Shown: piece by piece, positions 10,983 to 22,000 of the stretch | Layout of the letters: the number at the start of each line of letters is the position of its first letter | Position numbering within the stretch: position 1 is the stretch's first letter | Source: Diplonema japonicum | Taxonomy: Eukaryota; Protista; Euglenozoa: Diplonemea | Direction: 5' to 3' | Length of the DNA stretch: 64,000 nucleotides | NCBI GenBank assembly: GCA_964019335.1 | Contig: OZ025654.1 | Span: 310,001 to 374,000 of the forward strand | The notes under the pieces: generated by a model | Told to the model about the DNA's origin: nothing | The model's input: the letters and a program-made list of their open reading frames with translations, nothing else | Database searches by the model: none | Program-made: the position numbers and the translations under genes

Positions 10983-13900
10983 TCACGCCTCACAAACAGG
11001 TGTTTCGGTTTCGTATGCTTCAAGTTCAGCTTCCTTTTCGTTGTGCCCGATTGCATCCTTAGGTTTTTTTCCTTTTTTTTTTCTCTTACATACTATTGGC
11101 GAGATACGAGCACCCTCATGTTCCGAGCAATTGAAAGTTACACAGAAAACTCCAATGTAGGAAATGACCACCCCGAGGATGAGCAAAGGGGTACCTACAG
11201 TGGAAGTTGAAGTGATGGAAAGGAATGCAGAGGTGTCCGCGATGATGCAGTCCAGGTCCCCGAGAATGCCTTTGCTCAGCACCTTGTCGATCTCCTGGTC
11301 CACGATGAGCGTTGAGAGCGCAATCACATCCGCCATCGCAAACGGGTGAAGAATCTTGGTAATCCTCACCAGAAAAGGACTGCTCAGCACCGCCGCCGAC
11401 ATGGCCACGCACGGGAGCAGCAACGGGATTGTAATTACGAATACCCACAAGATGATACCTATTACAACCCGGCCATCTCCATCTTCCATAAGCTCAGTTG
11501 CAAGTTCGATAATAGACCCTTCCTTCTGCGGATCGTTTGCGAACTGAGCAAGCGCCCCGCTCAGTTTCCACTCATAAGCAGAAAGATACAACCCAGCGAA
11601 TGTGAGTCCGAACCCTACAACACAACACATGGTCACGCCAACTATGCCCACGTACGACAGCCCTGTCGCTTGTTGTCCGATTGTGTTGTACCTTATGGAC
11701 GACCATCGTGAGCTCATCCACGATCCCCATGCGACAGACAGCAGTGTCCCTACCAAGTACAAATAATCCCCCGCTGCAGGTACCAGCTCGAAGCTGAACG
11801 TTAACGTGATGTTCATATTTGTTGGTTCTGGTGTGCTGTACGGGTCAAGCCCTATGATCGCAAGGTTGCCGCTTGCCAAGGCGGAGTGCCATTGGTCACA
11901 TTGTCCGCACGTCACAGGACATACCATCCACCCGAATGTCCCCGGTTGGAAGGCCGGGTCGAATCCGACGTCTACAATGCACAAGTTCTTCATTTGTGCG
12001 CATTTACCAGCTTCAAACCAGTTCCCAGCGTTGTCGGTGCATTCCATTGTGGGCGACGGCGTCGAAGAGCCGGGCTTGATGTAGATCCCGATGTGCTCGA
12101 GGGATCCGTTCGCGGCCATCTTCGACCAGTCATCGCACCTTCCGCATGTTTGAGGGCATGTCATCCACCCAATGTCTTGTAGGTCATTGCCTTGGGATGG
12201 TGCGCTTGTTACTCCAATGTCCGAGAGAGCCCCGCTCGCTACTACATGGTCGTACTCCATACACTTCCCGCATGATACGGGGCACAACATCCAGCCGTAC
12301 AGAGTGTTCGCCACGGAGTACTCTGACTTCAGATCCGTTCCGCAGTTACCTAATGAGATGCTTGCACAGCCTCCCTTTGCTACTGTCATCTTCTTCACGT
12401 CGTCAACGCACTGCTTTGTGTTATTCACTATCCCAAGGTGCGTGAACTCATCTTTCGCCACAGCTGCGTTCCACTCGGTGCATTTCTTGCAGGTCACAGG
12501 GCACAGGTTCCAAACATTCCCGACTCCAGTCCAGCCGTACTTTTCCAGTTTGTCGTTGCAGCCCTCTACGAACTGGCTGCAGGAAGACATCTTCGCCTTG
12601 AGCGCGCCTGTGACATCGTCTTCACAAGTCAACGACGGGCCTGGCACTGGCTTGGGAGCGTTGTACTTCTGCAAAAAGTCTGTGCACATACCACATGTCA
12701 CAGGGCACAGTTGCCACCCCATTGTACCAGACGGCAAACTGCTGTCTACAGTGCTCTGATCTTTTTCGCACGCTGCACTATTGAATGCAGTGCAAGCTGC
12801 GACGTCCTTCGTTACGGGCCTGGCAGCAGTGTCCTTGCAAACTAAACCAAGATGATCAAGACCGCCACTTGCTGCTTTCACATCCCAGTCAGGACACTTG
12901 CTGCAAGTCTCTGGACATAGATACCACCCATAGGTGTCTTTGGGTAAGCTGGCATCCGTTGCAGATAGATCTGAATCACAAAAGGTTTTCAGAATCGCAC
13001 AGGAGTACATCTTAGCCGCAAGTGCCCCGCTGGGGTCATCTTTGCAGGGAGCTATCGCGGGAGGTGCGGGGGCAATAATGCCAATGTGAGCCAAGTCACC
13101 AGCAGCAGCCGCCGTATTCCATTCAGTGCACTTCGAACAAGAAGTGGGGCACAGATGCCACACCAGGGTGTTCTTGGGAGCATTCATTGAAAGTGTACTC
13201 AGATCTGTGTCACAGCCTACTATCACAGTAGTTGAGCATTGCTGGTCAGCAGCTTGCAAAGATCCTGTTGGGTCATCTTTGCACACGAGTGCAGGTGGTG
13301 AAGGTGTATCAGGTGTACTAGGTGTACTACCACCAGAGCCAACGCCAATGTGAGCCAAGCCACCAGCAGCAGCCGCCGTATCCCATTCAGTGCACTTCGA
13401 ACAAGAGGTAGGGCACAGATGCCACACCAGGGTGTTCTTGGGAGCATCCATTGAAAGTGTACTCAAATCTGTGTCACAGCCTAGTAGCACAGTAGCTGAG
13501 CATTGCTGGTTAGCAGCTTGCATAGATCCTGTTGGGTCGTCCTTGCAGGTAGGGGTGGAAAGGACGTGGCCCTGGCGAGAACTGGTGGTAGGGACGGAGA
13601 GGAAATGGCCCCTTCTAAAGGTTACTGGAAACATATTTGACGTTGGACCAATTCCAGTGTGCACAAGGTCACCAGCCGCTGCAGCAGCTGTCCACTCAGT
13701 GCACTTTCCGCAAGTCACAGGACACAAATGCCATCCAAGTGTGTTTTGCGGGTAGGCGGCGTTCTGCAGAACAACAGCGCACACTGGATGAAAATCAGAG
13801 CAAGCTTTGTTGTTATTCGCCACTAGTTGGAGCGGATCGTCCTTGCAGGTGAGCGAAGACGCGGGAACAAGTGTCGGATCGGGTGGTGTAGGTGTCGTGG

Positions 13901-16900
13901 AATCAGGAGCTGGTGTTGCAGGAGCTGAGGTGATTGGGATACCGACACCAATGTGTTTTAGCTGACCAGCAGCAGCCGCCGTATTCCATTCACTGCACTT
14001 CGAACAAGAAGTGGGGCACAGATGCCACACCAGGGTGTTCTTGGGAGCATCCATTGAAAGTGTACTCAGATCTGTGTCACAGCCTACTAGCACAGTAGCT
14101 GAGCATTGCTGGTTAGCAGCTTGCATAGATCCTGTTGGGTCATCTTTGCACACGAGTGCAGGTGGTGAAGGTGTATCAGGTGTACTAGGTGTACTACCAC
14201 CAGAGCCAACGCCAATGTGAGCCAAGCCACCAGCAGCAGCCGCCGTATTCCATTCAGTGCACTTCGAACAAGAAGTGGGGCACAGATGCCACACCAGGGT
14301 GTTCTTGGGAGCATCCATTGAAAGTGTACTCAGATCTGTGTCACAGCCTAGTAGCACAGTAGTTGAACATTGCTGACCAGCAGCTTGCATAGATCCTGTT
14401 GGGTCGTCTTTGCACACAAGTGCAACAGGTGGTGAAGGTGTCGCCATGGAACCGTCAGAGCCGATGCCAATGTGAGCCAAGTCACCAGCAGCAACGGCAG
14501 TATTCCACTCAGTGCACATGTTGCAGTAAACAGGACATAGGTACCAAAGGAAAGTCCCTTTCGGGGTGGTTGGGACCAACGTGTTCAAATCGGTTGTGCA
14601 GTTTGCAGCTGCAGAAGTACTTAAGCATGTCTGGCCTGAATTCTTCAGAGCTTTAGTAGGATCATCTTCGCACACAGAGGACCCTGCAGGAATGGGTGTC
14701 ATAGGCAAACCGTTGGAGCCAATGCCGAGATGAGTCAGTTTGCCAGCAGCCACCTTAACCTTCCACTCGTCGCACTTAGTACAAGATACAGGACACAAAT
14801 AGTAACCAAACGTGTTTTTAGGTAAAGCAGGTTCAACTGTGCTGATATCTAACGAGCAACCATTGATTATCTCAGAGCATGACTTACCGCCAGCCTTTAA
14901 ATTCCCTAAGATGTCGTCCTTGCAGACAATGTCATCGGTGGTGCCGGGGATAGCGGTAGGAGAGGGTGGGGACTCTGTTTTTTGAGGAGGAGGCGTGATA
15001 TCGCTTATGTCTTTGTTGCACAACTCATACAGGGCGGGGCAGCCCCCGACTGATGTGAACCTCTTTGCGTAGTCATCCACACAGACAGCAGTTGGGATTG
15101 GCGTCGGCGGTGGCTGGTTAGTGATTGAAAGCGGGGCTAGGTCTCCGTTGTCAAGAGCAGTTTCCCAATCTGCGCACTTGTTGCACGTGACCGGGCACAA
15201 CATCCACCCGTACATATCCGCGGGGTAGACGTCATTGGAGGCTTTCAGTTCATCGTTACACTTGTCTTTGAAGAATGCGCACCCAGATGTCGTCTGCTGC
15301 TGGACCACTCCGGTTATGTCATCAACACACCTTGACGGTGCATTAGTCTTCGGCACACTGTCAACTCCTACATGCGTCAGGTTCCCGGCTGCAGCTGCGT
15401 GTACCCAGTCAAAGCACATTCCACATGTCAGTGGGCATATCATCCACCCAAACGAGCCTTTCGTTGTGAAATCCCCTGGTTCACTCTCGAACAGATCTGT
15501 TTGACATGACCCGGAGTAGTCATCGGTACAGGTTTTCATCTTCTTCTTGACGTGTCCAGTAGGATCGTCTTTGCAGGTAGGCAACGACGCCGGTGGTTGG
15601 TACGAAATGTGCGCGAGCTTACCAGAAGCAGCGAGTTCTTTCCACGTATCGCATCTCATACACGTCTCGGGGCACAGGTGCCACCCAAAAGTGTTTACCG
15701 GCGTCGATCCTGAATTATCTAAAAGGCTCAGGTCAAGCTCGCAACTTGGTTTCACTACAGCACAGTTTTGATTCTGTGCTTTAAGACTCCCTACAGCATC
15801 ATCCTTGCACTCGATCCATTCAAAAGAAGGTGTCGAACCAACACCAATATGCACGAGCTCGCCAGCAGCTGCAGCGGCATCCCATTCGGTGCATTTGGAG
15901 CAAGTGGTGGGGCACAGATGCCAAACCAAAGTGTTCATCGGTAGAGATGGAATAATTGTGTTCAAATCGATACCACATCCAACAGCATTTAACGTTGCGC
16001 ATGTCTGGCCACTTGTTTTCACAGATCCTGTTGGGTCGTCTTTGCACACGAGTGCAGGTGGTGGAGAGCCAACGCCAATGTGAGCCAAGTCACCAGCAGC
16101 AGCCGCCGTATTCCATTCAGTGCACTTCGAACAAGAAGTGGGGCACAGATGCCACACCAGGGTGTTTTTAGGAATATCCATTGAAAGTGTACTCAGATCT
16201 GTGTCACAACCTACTATCACAGTAGTTGAGCATTGCTGGTTAGAAGCTTGCATAGCTCCTGTTGGGTCATCTTTGCACACGAGTGCAGGTGGTGAAGGTG
16301 TATCAGGTGTACTAGGTGTACTACCACCAGAGCCAACGCCAATGTGAGCCAAGTCACCAGCAGCAGCCGCCGTATCCCATTCAGTGCACTTCGAACAAGA
16401 GGTAGGGCACAGATGCCACACCAGGGTGTTTTTAGGAGCATCCATTGAAAGCGTACTCAGATCTGTGTCACAGCCTAGTAGCACAGTAGCTGAGCATTGC
16501 TGGTTAGCAGCTTGCATAGATCCTGTTGGGTCGTCCTTGCAGGTAGGGGTGGAAAGGACGTGGCCCTGGCGAGAACTGGCTGAAGAGTTGGACGGTGAGC
16601 TGGCCTGTGCGAAGATGGTGGTGACGGCGCCAGGGTCGGTGACGGTGTCTATACTTACACGGAGGCCTCCCATGAGAACTGCGAGGAGTAGGAGCTCGAC
16701 AAGGGAGAAGTGGGCGAAGATCTCAAGGACAGCGAGAAAGACAGTGCGAAAGGTATTAGGCATCGGGGTAAACCACGCAGCAAGCTGGAGGAGGCACTTG
16801 AGGAAGGGCCACACAACGGCCCAGATTATGAGCCAAATCACAATCTCGTGAAGGCCTTGGTCCCACAAATATGTTGCAATTTGATTGGTAGTGAATTTGA

Positions 16901-17144
16901 AAGACGAATCGGTCAAATTACATGATGTAGTGCTCAAGCTGCTCAGAAAGCTCCCGTAGTCTACCTCCACCTCTGCCGCTGGTACAATGTTAGCTGCCAC
17001 AAAGAAACCCGCACTTAAAAAGAACAATGCGAACACCATTAATGAATCACGCGCCGTACTCCGCTTCGCCAGCGAGTGGTCACCCGCGTTGTCGTCGCTA
17101 CCCATTCCTACCGCATACTTGCTTTTTGGCTTGTCCAGGGCCAT
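10983..17144 (-). CDS. PqiA-like (paraquat-inducible A) membrane protein with about 19 extracellular ShKT-like six-cysteine repeats
   Basis: N- and C-terminal TM blocks with PqiA-like motifs (VVWPFLK..FSLVELL; ITIPLL..FAMADV); repeats CxDD-C-C-W.LCPxTCxxC; ATG at 17144 follows TTTTACAG; probable in-frame intron 11058..11093. Confidence 0.75.
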   Translation of the reverse strand: MALDKPKSKYAVGMGSDDNAGDHSLAKRSTARDSLMVFALFFLSAGFFVAANIVPAAEVEVDYGSFLSSLSTTSCNLTDSSFKFTTNQIATYLWDQGLHEIVIWLIIWAVVWPFLKCLLQLAAWFTPMPNTFRTVFLAVLEIFAHFSLVELLLLAVLMGGLRVSIDTVTDPGAVTTIFAQASSPSNSSASSRQGHVLSTPTCKDDPTGSMQAANQQCSATVLLGCDTDLSTLSMDAPKNTLVWHLCPTSCSKCTEWDTAAAAGDLAHIGVGSGGSTPSTPDTPSPPALVCKDDPTGAMQASNQQCSTTVIVGCDTDLSTLSMDIPKNTLVWHLCPTSCSKCTEWNTAAAAGDLAHIGVGSPPPALVCKDDPTGSVKTSGQTCATLNAVGCGIDLNTIIPSLPMNTLVWHLCPTTCSKCTEWDAAAAAGELVHIGVGSTPSFEWIECKDDAVGSLKAQNQNCAVVKPSCELDLSLLDNSGSTPVNTFGWHLCPETCMRCDTWKELAASGKLAHISYQPPASLPTCKDDPTGHVKKKMKTCTDDYSGSCQTDLFESEPGDFTTKGSFGWMICPLTCGMCFDWVHAAAAGNLTHVGVDSVPKTNAPSRCVDDITGVVQQQTTSGCAFFKDKCNDELKASNDVYPADMYGWMLCPVTCNKCADWETALDNGDLAPLSITNQPPPTPIPTAVCVDDYAKRFTSVGGCPALYELCNKDISDITPPPQKTESPPSPTAIPGTTDDIVCKDDILGNLKAGGKSCSEIINGCSLDISTVEPALPKNTFGYYLCPVSCTKCDEWKVKVAAGKLTHLGIGSNGLPMTPIPAGSSVCEDDPTKALKNSGQTCLSTSAAANCTTDLNTLVPTTPKGTFLWYLCPVYCNMCTEWNTAVAAGDLAHIGIGSDGSMATPSPPVALVCKDDPTGSMQAAGQQCSTTVLLGCDTDLSTLSMDAPKNTLVWHLCPTSCSKCTEWNTAAAAGGLAHIGVGSGGSTPSTPDTPSPPALVCKDDPTGSMQAANQQCSATVLVGCDTDLSTLSMDAPKNTLVWHLCPTSCSKCSEWNTAAAAGQLKHIGVGIPITSAPATPAPDSTTPTPPDPTLVPASSLTCKDDPLQLVANNNKACSDFHPVCAVVLQNAAYPQNTLGWHLCPVTCGKCTEWTAAAAAGDLVHTGIGPTSNMFPVTFRRGHFLSVPTTSSRQGHVLSTPTCKDDPTGSMQAANQQCSATVLLGCDTDLSTLSMDAPKNTLVWHLCPTSCSKCTEWDTAAAAGGLAHIGVGSGGSTPSTPDTPSPPALVCKDDPTGSLQAADQQCSTTVIVGCDTDLSTLSMNAPKNTLVWHLCPTSCSKCTEWNTAAAAGDLAHIGIIAPAPPAIAPCKDDPSGALAAKMYSCAILKTFCDSDLSATDASLPKDTYGWYLCPETCSKCPDWDVKAASGGLDHLGLVCKDTAARPVTKDVAACTAFNSAACEKDQSTVDSSLPSGTMGWQLCPVTCGMCTDFLQKYNAPKPVPGPSLTCEDDVTGALKAKMSSCSQFVEGCNDKLEKYGWTGVGNVWNLCPVTCKKCTEWNAAVAKDEFTHLGIVNNTKQCVDDVKKMTVAKGGCASISLGNCGTDLKSEYSVANTLYGWMLCPVSCGKCMEYDHVVASGALSDIGVTSAPSQGNDLQDIGWMTCPQTCGRCDDWSKMAANGSLEHIGIYIKPGSSTPSPTMECTDNAGNWFEAGKCAQMKNLCIVDVGFDPAFQPGTFGWMVCPVTCGQCDQWHSALASGNLAIIGLDPYSTPEPTNMNITLTFSFELVPAAGDYLYLVGTLLSVAWGSWMSSRWSSIRYNTIGQQATGLSYVGIVGVTMCCVVGFGLTFAGLYLSAYEWKLSGALAQFANDPQKEGSIIELATELMEDGDGRVVIGIILWVFVITIPLLLPCVAMSAAVLSSPFLVRITKILHPFAMADVIALSTLIVDQEIDKVLSKGILGDLDCIIADTSAFLSITSTSTVGTPLLILGVVISYIGVFCVTFNCSEHEGARISPIVCKRKKKGKKPKDAIGHNEKEAELEAYETETPVCEA
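11058..11093 (-). other. Probable in-frame spliceosomal intron, 36 nt, A-rich
   Basis: GTATGT-A-rich-CCTAAG; reads as the low-complexity VCKRKKKGKKPK if retained; same style as the other introns. Confidence 0.55.
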
Positions 17145-17206
17145 CCTTCTCTGTAAAACTCCCCCCTTCTTCAAAAATTAAAGTAATTGCAGTGTATAAA
17201 ACTTAA

Positions 17207-18374
17207 CCCATAACACTCCAAGGCGCAAATATTTGTCGTTTTGAAAGATCGTTTTTTTCTCTAAGTACTTTTTCGTCCCCACGACCCTGGATCTCCAAGA
17301 ACGACTATAGTGAGGAGTTATTTTCAACTAAAGTTCATGCTTCGCTGCATCACTTTACCTTGTTATCCACCCACCAAGTGGGTCCCAAATCCGAGTAGAT
17401 AAAAACGCAAAATAACGGGTGTGCATACTGTGCCCAAATTGTTCCCAAAAAACGCAAAGGTAAAGCCAAAACAGCTACGGACGAGGTCCAACCTTCATGG
17501 GTAAGGGAGTTGGTACCCATAGAAACCATAAAATAGGCCAGTGGGGAGAAAAAAAGCTGTCCCGTGGTACGCAGAAACCTGACGACGCAAAATGGTTATT
17601 CCTTCGGTTTTTTTATAAGCTAACAGACGTCATCCAAGAAGAGACAAACAAGCAAAAGGACGCTGAGATTGATAAAATTTCGACCCAGGACTCCACCGCT
17701 TACTCGGATTGAGCATTGCGATGGGTTTACGGCGTGCCCAGAATCAGCAGTCGTATTGGTCCACAGGACCCATGAAAATCCCCCTTTTCAGTAACACGAT
17801 GCCCAGGAGACGGTACTGGGAAATCAAAAGTAGCCTCCACTTCACAGAAGAGTCAAACGGTGATGTGTTGTGAAGATACGAGGGTTTCTGGACAGAATTG
17901 GTGACAAGTGGGCAAAAGCAGCAGTGCCAGGAAAATATTTAAGCATTGACGAGACACTCGTACCTTCACGGGGCAATTGGGGGCTGCGGGTCTACTGTCC
18001 TTTCAAGCGTAAAAGATATGGCATAAAAATTTACTACCTAAACTGCGCGAGCACGGGTTATCTTTTGCGTTTTCACATCCACGCCACCAAAACCGAGGGG
18101 CACGCACTTGAAGAGACCAGTGTTGTGGAAAAAGCGGGGCTGGGGTTAACAGAGCCTTTCCGGGGAAATGACAACACGGTAGTTTGCGATAGCTACTTTT
18201 TGACTGTGGGTCTGGCCGAAGCCCTGTTATTTTTGAACTTTTTTTTTAATTTTCCTGGTCCAAAAAACCCGTTTTACCTGCAAACGGGGGTTGAATGCTG
18301 CCATTTTTCCCCTCAAATTATGAAAGGGAGCAAAAAAGGGACCCCTATGTAGATAGGCCCCGGAGTGTTATGGG
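17207..18374 (+). mobile_element. Internally deleted piggyBac DNA transposon (1168 bp)
   Basis: TTAA (17203-17206) followed by TIR CCCATAACACTCC; GGAGTGTTATGGG followed by TTAA (18375-18378); contains a piggyBac transposase fragment. Confidence 0.92.
17590..18230 (+). pseudogene. piggyBac (PGBD/DDE_Tnp_1_7-like) transposase fragment, frameshifted and truncated
   Basis: SYWST, MPRRRYWEIKSSLHF, LSIDETLV, KRYGIKIY and VVCDSYF motifs spread over frameshifts; C-terminal part missing. Confidence 0.85.
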
Positions 18375-18700
18375 TTAATAGGAAAAAAATGCGAAAAGAA
18401 AAGAAAAAAAAAACAAAGATATCTTAATAAAAACTGAGCATTGGGGGGGGAGGAGGGGGGATCATTCTTCCTCAAGAAAAAAAGTTCGCGTCCATTCACA
18501 ATGGGGGTGTTAGCATCCATAAAAAAGGGGGGTGGGTGTGTGGTAGAATTGAAGTGTCAAAGCATGGGTAGCCACGTCATGTAGGTGCCCAGATACCGGA
18601 CGGGTTTAAAAGACTAGTAAGGCTTCTTTTCGATTTCTGCAAATTCCTTTTAACGTTGTTAAGAGAAGTAAAAAAAAATATAAAAACGGGGGAGGGGGAA

Positions 18701-18788
18701 AAAAAGAGTCGGTTGATTATTGTTTTGTGCACAGCCGGGGTTAAACCTGTAGAAGGATAAGCCCAACAATGCTACCACTACTCTTTTT
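18701..18788 (+). mobile_element. Short (about 80 bp) AGAGT...ACTCT element, full copy
   Basis: Inverted ends AAAAAGAGT / ACTCTTTTT; core near-identical to 38349-38410. Confidence 0.65.
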
Positions 18789-19074
18789 AGCACCTTATCA
18801 ATTTTGTTTTCTTGTTCATGCAAAAAAAAAAAAAAAAAAACAAGGTAAGTTCTGGTCATCGCCAGTTTCCGGATGGGAGGGAGGGGAAAAGAAGCTAGGG
18901 GTAGAACGCATAAATTCTCTTTTTATTTTTTTCTCGTTTTTCTTTTTTTTTTCTTCTCGTTTCTCTTTTGGCAAACACTCTGTATTCTTTCTTTTTTTTC
19001 CATAACACTTTCCCCTCCCTATCTTCTGTTTTTCTTTTTTCTTCTTCTTTTTTTTTCTTCCATCGCGGTTTCCC

Positions 19075-22000
19075 TCATTGCCAATTCTTCCTTATTGTTT
19101 GCTTTGCCTCCGTAACCAAAAACCCCGTTAGCATCACAGATGTTAGATACAGCGAAGCATCGCCTTGATAATATGGGACCAGCATTGACCAAGACGTCCA
19201 GACCAACGTCATAGGGATCAAGAGAATATCACCGAAAAACCCGAGGCGGAAGCAAACCCGTGTGGAAGTTACGAGAATAGATGAGTATGCTTTGAGGACC
19301 TGTACAAGGAAGCGCAAGAAAACCTTCCGCGCCTTTGCAAGTACACGAATGCCAAACTTCACAACCGCCCTAGCAATTTTAAAAGGGAGCGAATACAACC
19401 GAAGCGGGCGAGCCCCGGACGGACTTCTGGCACTCACTGTCTCTTCCGTCCGCACGCCCGCAAAGACAAAGCTAAGAAGCCACAGTACCCTTATGATTAA
19501 AGGCCCTAAGTATGTTATCACAGTTGTGAGGAAGGTAAGGTGAATCCCTGTCCCAAAGGTCGCCACGTACATATACTTCAAAAACAGCCCCTCAGTCGTG
19601 AGGAGAATCTCAAATGGCATGAACAAAAGGTGAAGAGGAACTATCTCTGTTCCTGGACGGATGCTATCTAACCCTGCCACGGCTGCCTGCTCCACAATGG
19701 GAAGCACCGCTTCTAAGGTGTCTTTCAAAGACGCGAAGTACACCGAAAGCAAACCATGTTCTCCCGTGTGCAGCACAGCATCCTGCAAAGTATCCAGCGC
19801 AGCACCGCCCCATGGTATGAACGGCACTATCTGGTTCAGGAATGTGCCTGCCACCCAGCTTGCCGCCACAGAAGCATGTTGAATCACCCACATCGCAATG
19901 CCAAGGAATGGGCTCCCCCATGACAGGATGTACATTGCCCACCCTGCTATCCATTCCCACGACCACCCATACCCAGCTGGCATCCCGGTCCACAAAACAT
20001 ACAATTGCAGTAACACCCATGCTGGGCACCCTACACCCATAACAATGTCGCCCAGTGCTGGGAAGCGGCTGTGCCATGAATCAACCTTCAGAGTGAGGCA
20101 GAACCCACTGATCACTTGGAAGACATGGAGTACGTATGATACAAGCGACGTGAAGGCGCAGATTGCGGCCAGCATCGCAAAGGGAAGAAGCATGTGAGCA
20201 CCCCAGTATGTGGCGTGGAGTTTCATTTCTCTGAGCAGGTCGGCGAAGAACAAATGCTCACGGTGCGCGATGCCATACTTGGCGGACTTCGCCTTCCGTG
20301 CCACGAACAGAAAGTACACAATGGTGTAGACGGGCACTGCGAAGCCAACCCCTGCTAACTTCAAAGGAATGAGGAAGAAATGTGGAAGGTTCGTCCATGC
20401 TTGCAGGAACTCATCATTGATGACGAACCGGTAGCCCTGCTTAGAGTCGAGGACATGTCGGGGAACCTGCTTCCTCTTCGTGTACACCTTCTGGTACAGC
20501 GTGATGAAGAGAGACTTCCACGAGACAACTTCGTCATCCTTCACGTCTTTTATCAGTTCTTTCGCGATGCGCCGCTTTTTCTTTTTCCCCATCAAGTCCT
20601 CGAGGAAGAGCTTGTAAATATGCATCCAATCGTCCTCACGCGAGGACACCTCGTACCAGTCTGATGATACCTCCCCCATCTTGGTTCGCTCTACAGGATT
20701 CACAAAGGACAGCACGTTCCCCATCACGTCGTAAGGGAGCAGCGGTGGGCGTTCTTCTTCATCATCGCCGGGCTGTTTGTTCTTTTTCAGAAACTTAAAC
20801 AGCGGTCGGATGCTTCTGTTGTACAAAAACATATTCTTCAACCTGATCGCCAGTGCGGGCACCATATTTAATGTGCCGAAGATGAACAGCAGCTGCAGAA
20901 GCTGCACCACGTCTCGAAGCCACTCTGCCATCTGGTTGCGCACTGCCCTCTTCACTCGTCCCGTCTTCCGGCTCTCATAGACCAAGCTCGGCAGGCGCCA
21001 CATTGTGATTACAATGATCCCTAAACAACATATGCCAATGATGTCCATCACAAACTTCAGCATGGCGCGTTTGCACATGGCCAGCCGTGTAGGGATGTCG
21101 CGGTCACCTGTAAACAGTATTCTGAGGAATACTGGAAGCCGCCAGAACACGACACATGTCAGCGCAAGGGATATTAGCTCCAAAGGCAACATGGGCCACA
21201 AGCACAGCACACATTTCTGTGCCGATACGTGCAACTGGCATCCCTCCTCTCCGACAGCCACTTCCACCTCAGCATGCCGCTCGAGGCGCGTTGACTGGTT
21301 TAAGATATCTTGCGCGGCCAGCTTCACCATGCACAAGACGCCATTCTCAGTTGATAGCTTCAATGCAAACACGGTATCCTTCTCTTTAAGCCCTCTTAGA
21401 GCGCTGACAATAGTTTCCTGAGCAATCCCCTGCGTTCCTTGCCTCCCTGTTCCGAGCTCGAACGAAAACTTGCAAGTTTCACCATCCATGTTGACAGCCG
21501 ACAGGTCGCACAGCTTGGGCGTTAGCTTCAACGGAAATAGCGAGCACTTCGCGGCCTTCACGACGCTGCCGTAGGACTTGGCTAGTCCCTCCCATATGGC
21601 GCTGCCCTCGACGGACATCTTCAAGTCGGCAAAGCGCAGGTCTTTCGGTTTGGAGATCTGGACAGTCATTCTGATACCGCACATGTTCCCTCCGCAAACC
21701 ATGTCAGTAGGGAAGCAGGTGGAAGCGCTCAGGACAGTGGCCACGGGGTCTGTGTTGGCTTCCTCGGCTTTGAACAGCCCAACAACTAAGGTATACATCT
21801 CGACAAGCATCGAGGCGGTATTCCAAGGTACCAGTGACGTGAGTAAGATTGCAAAAATGCTCAATATGTCTGCCACACAAGCTAGCAGCTCCCTGTTAAT
21901 GTCGGCTCTTCTATCAGAGAGCGCCTGGTCTGGTTCATGCGTTTTCCACAAGCTGGTGGCTCGCCACAAGCAGCACAGCGCCATCACCGCGTAGGGTATG

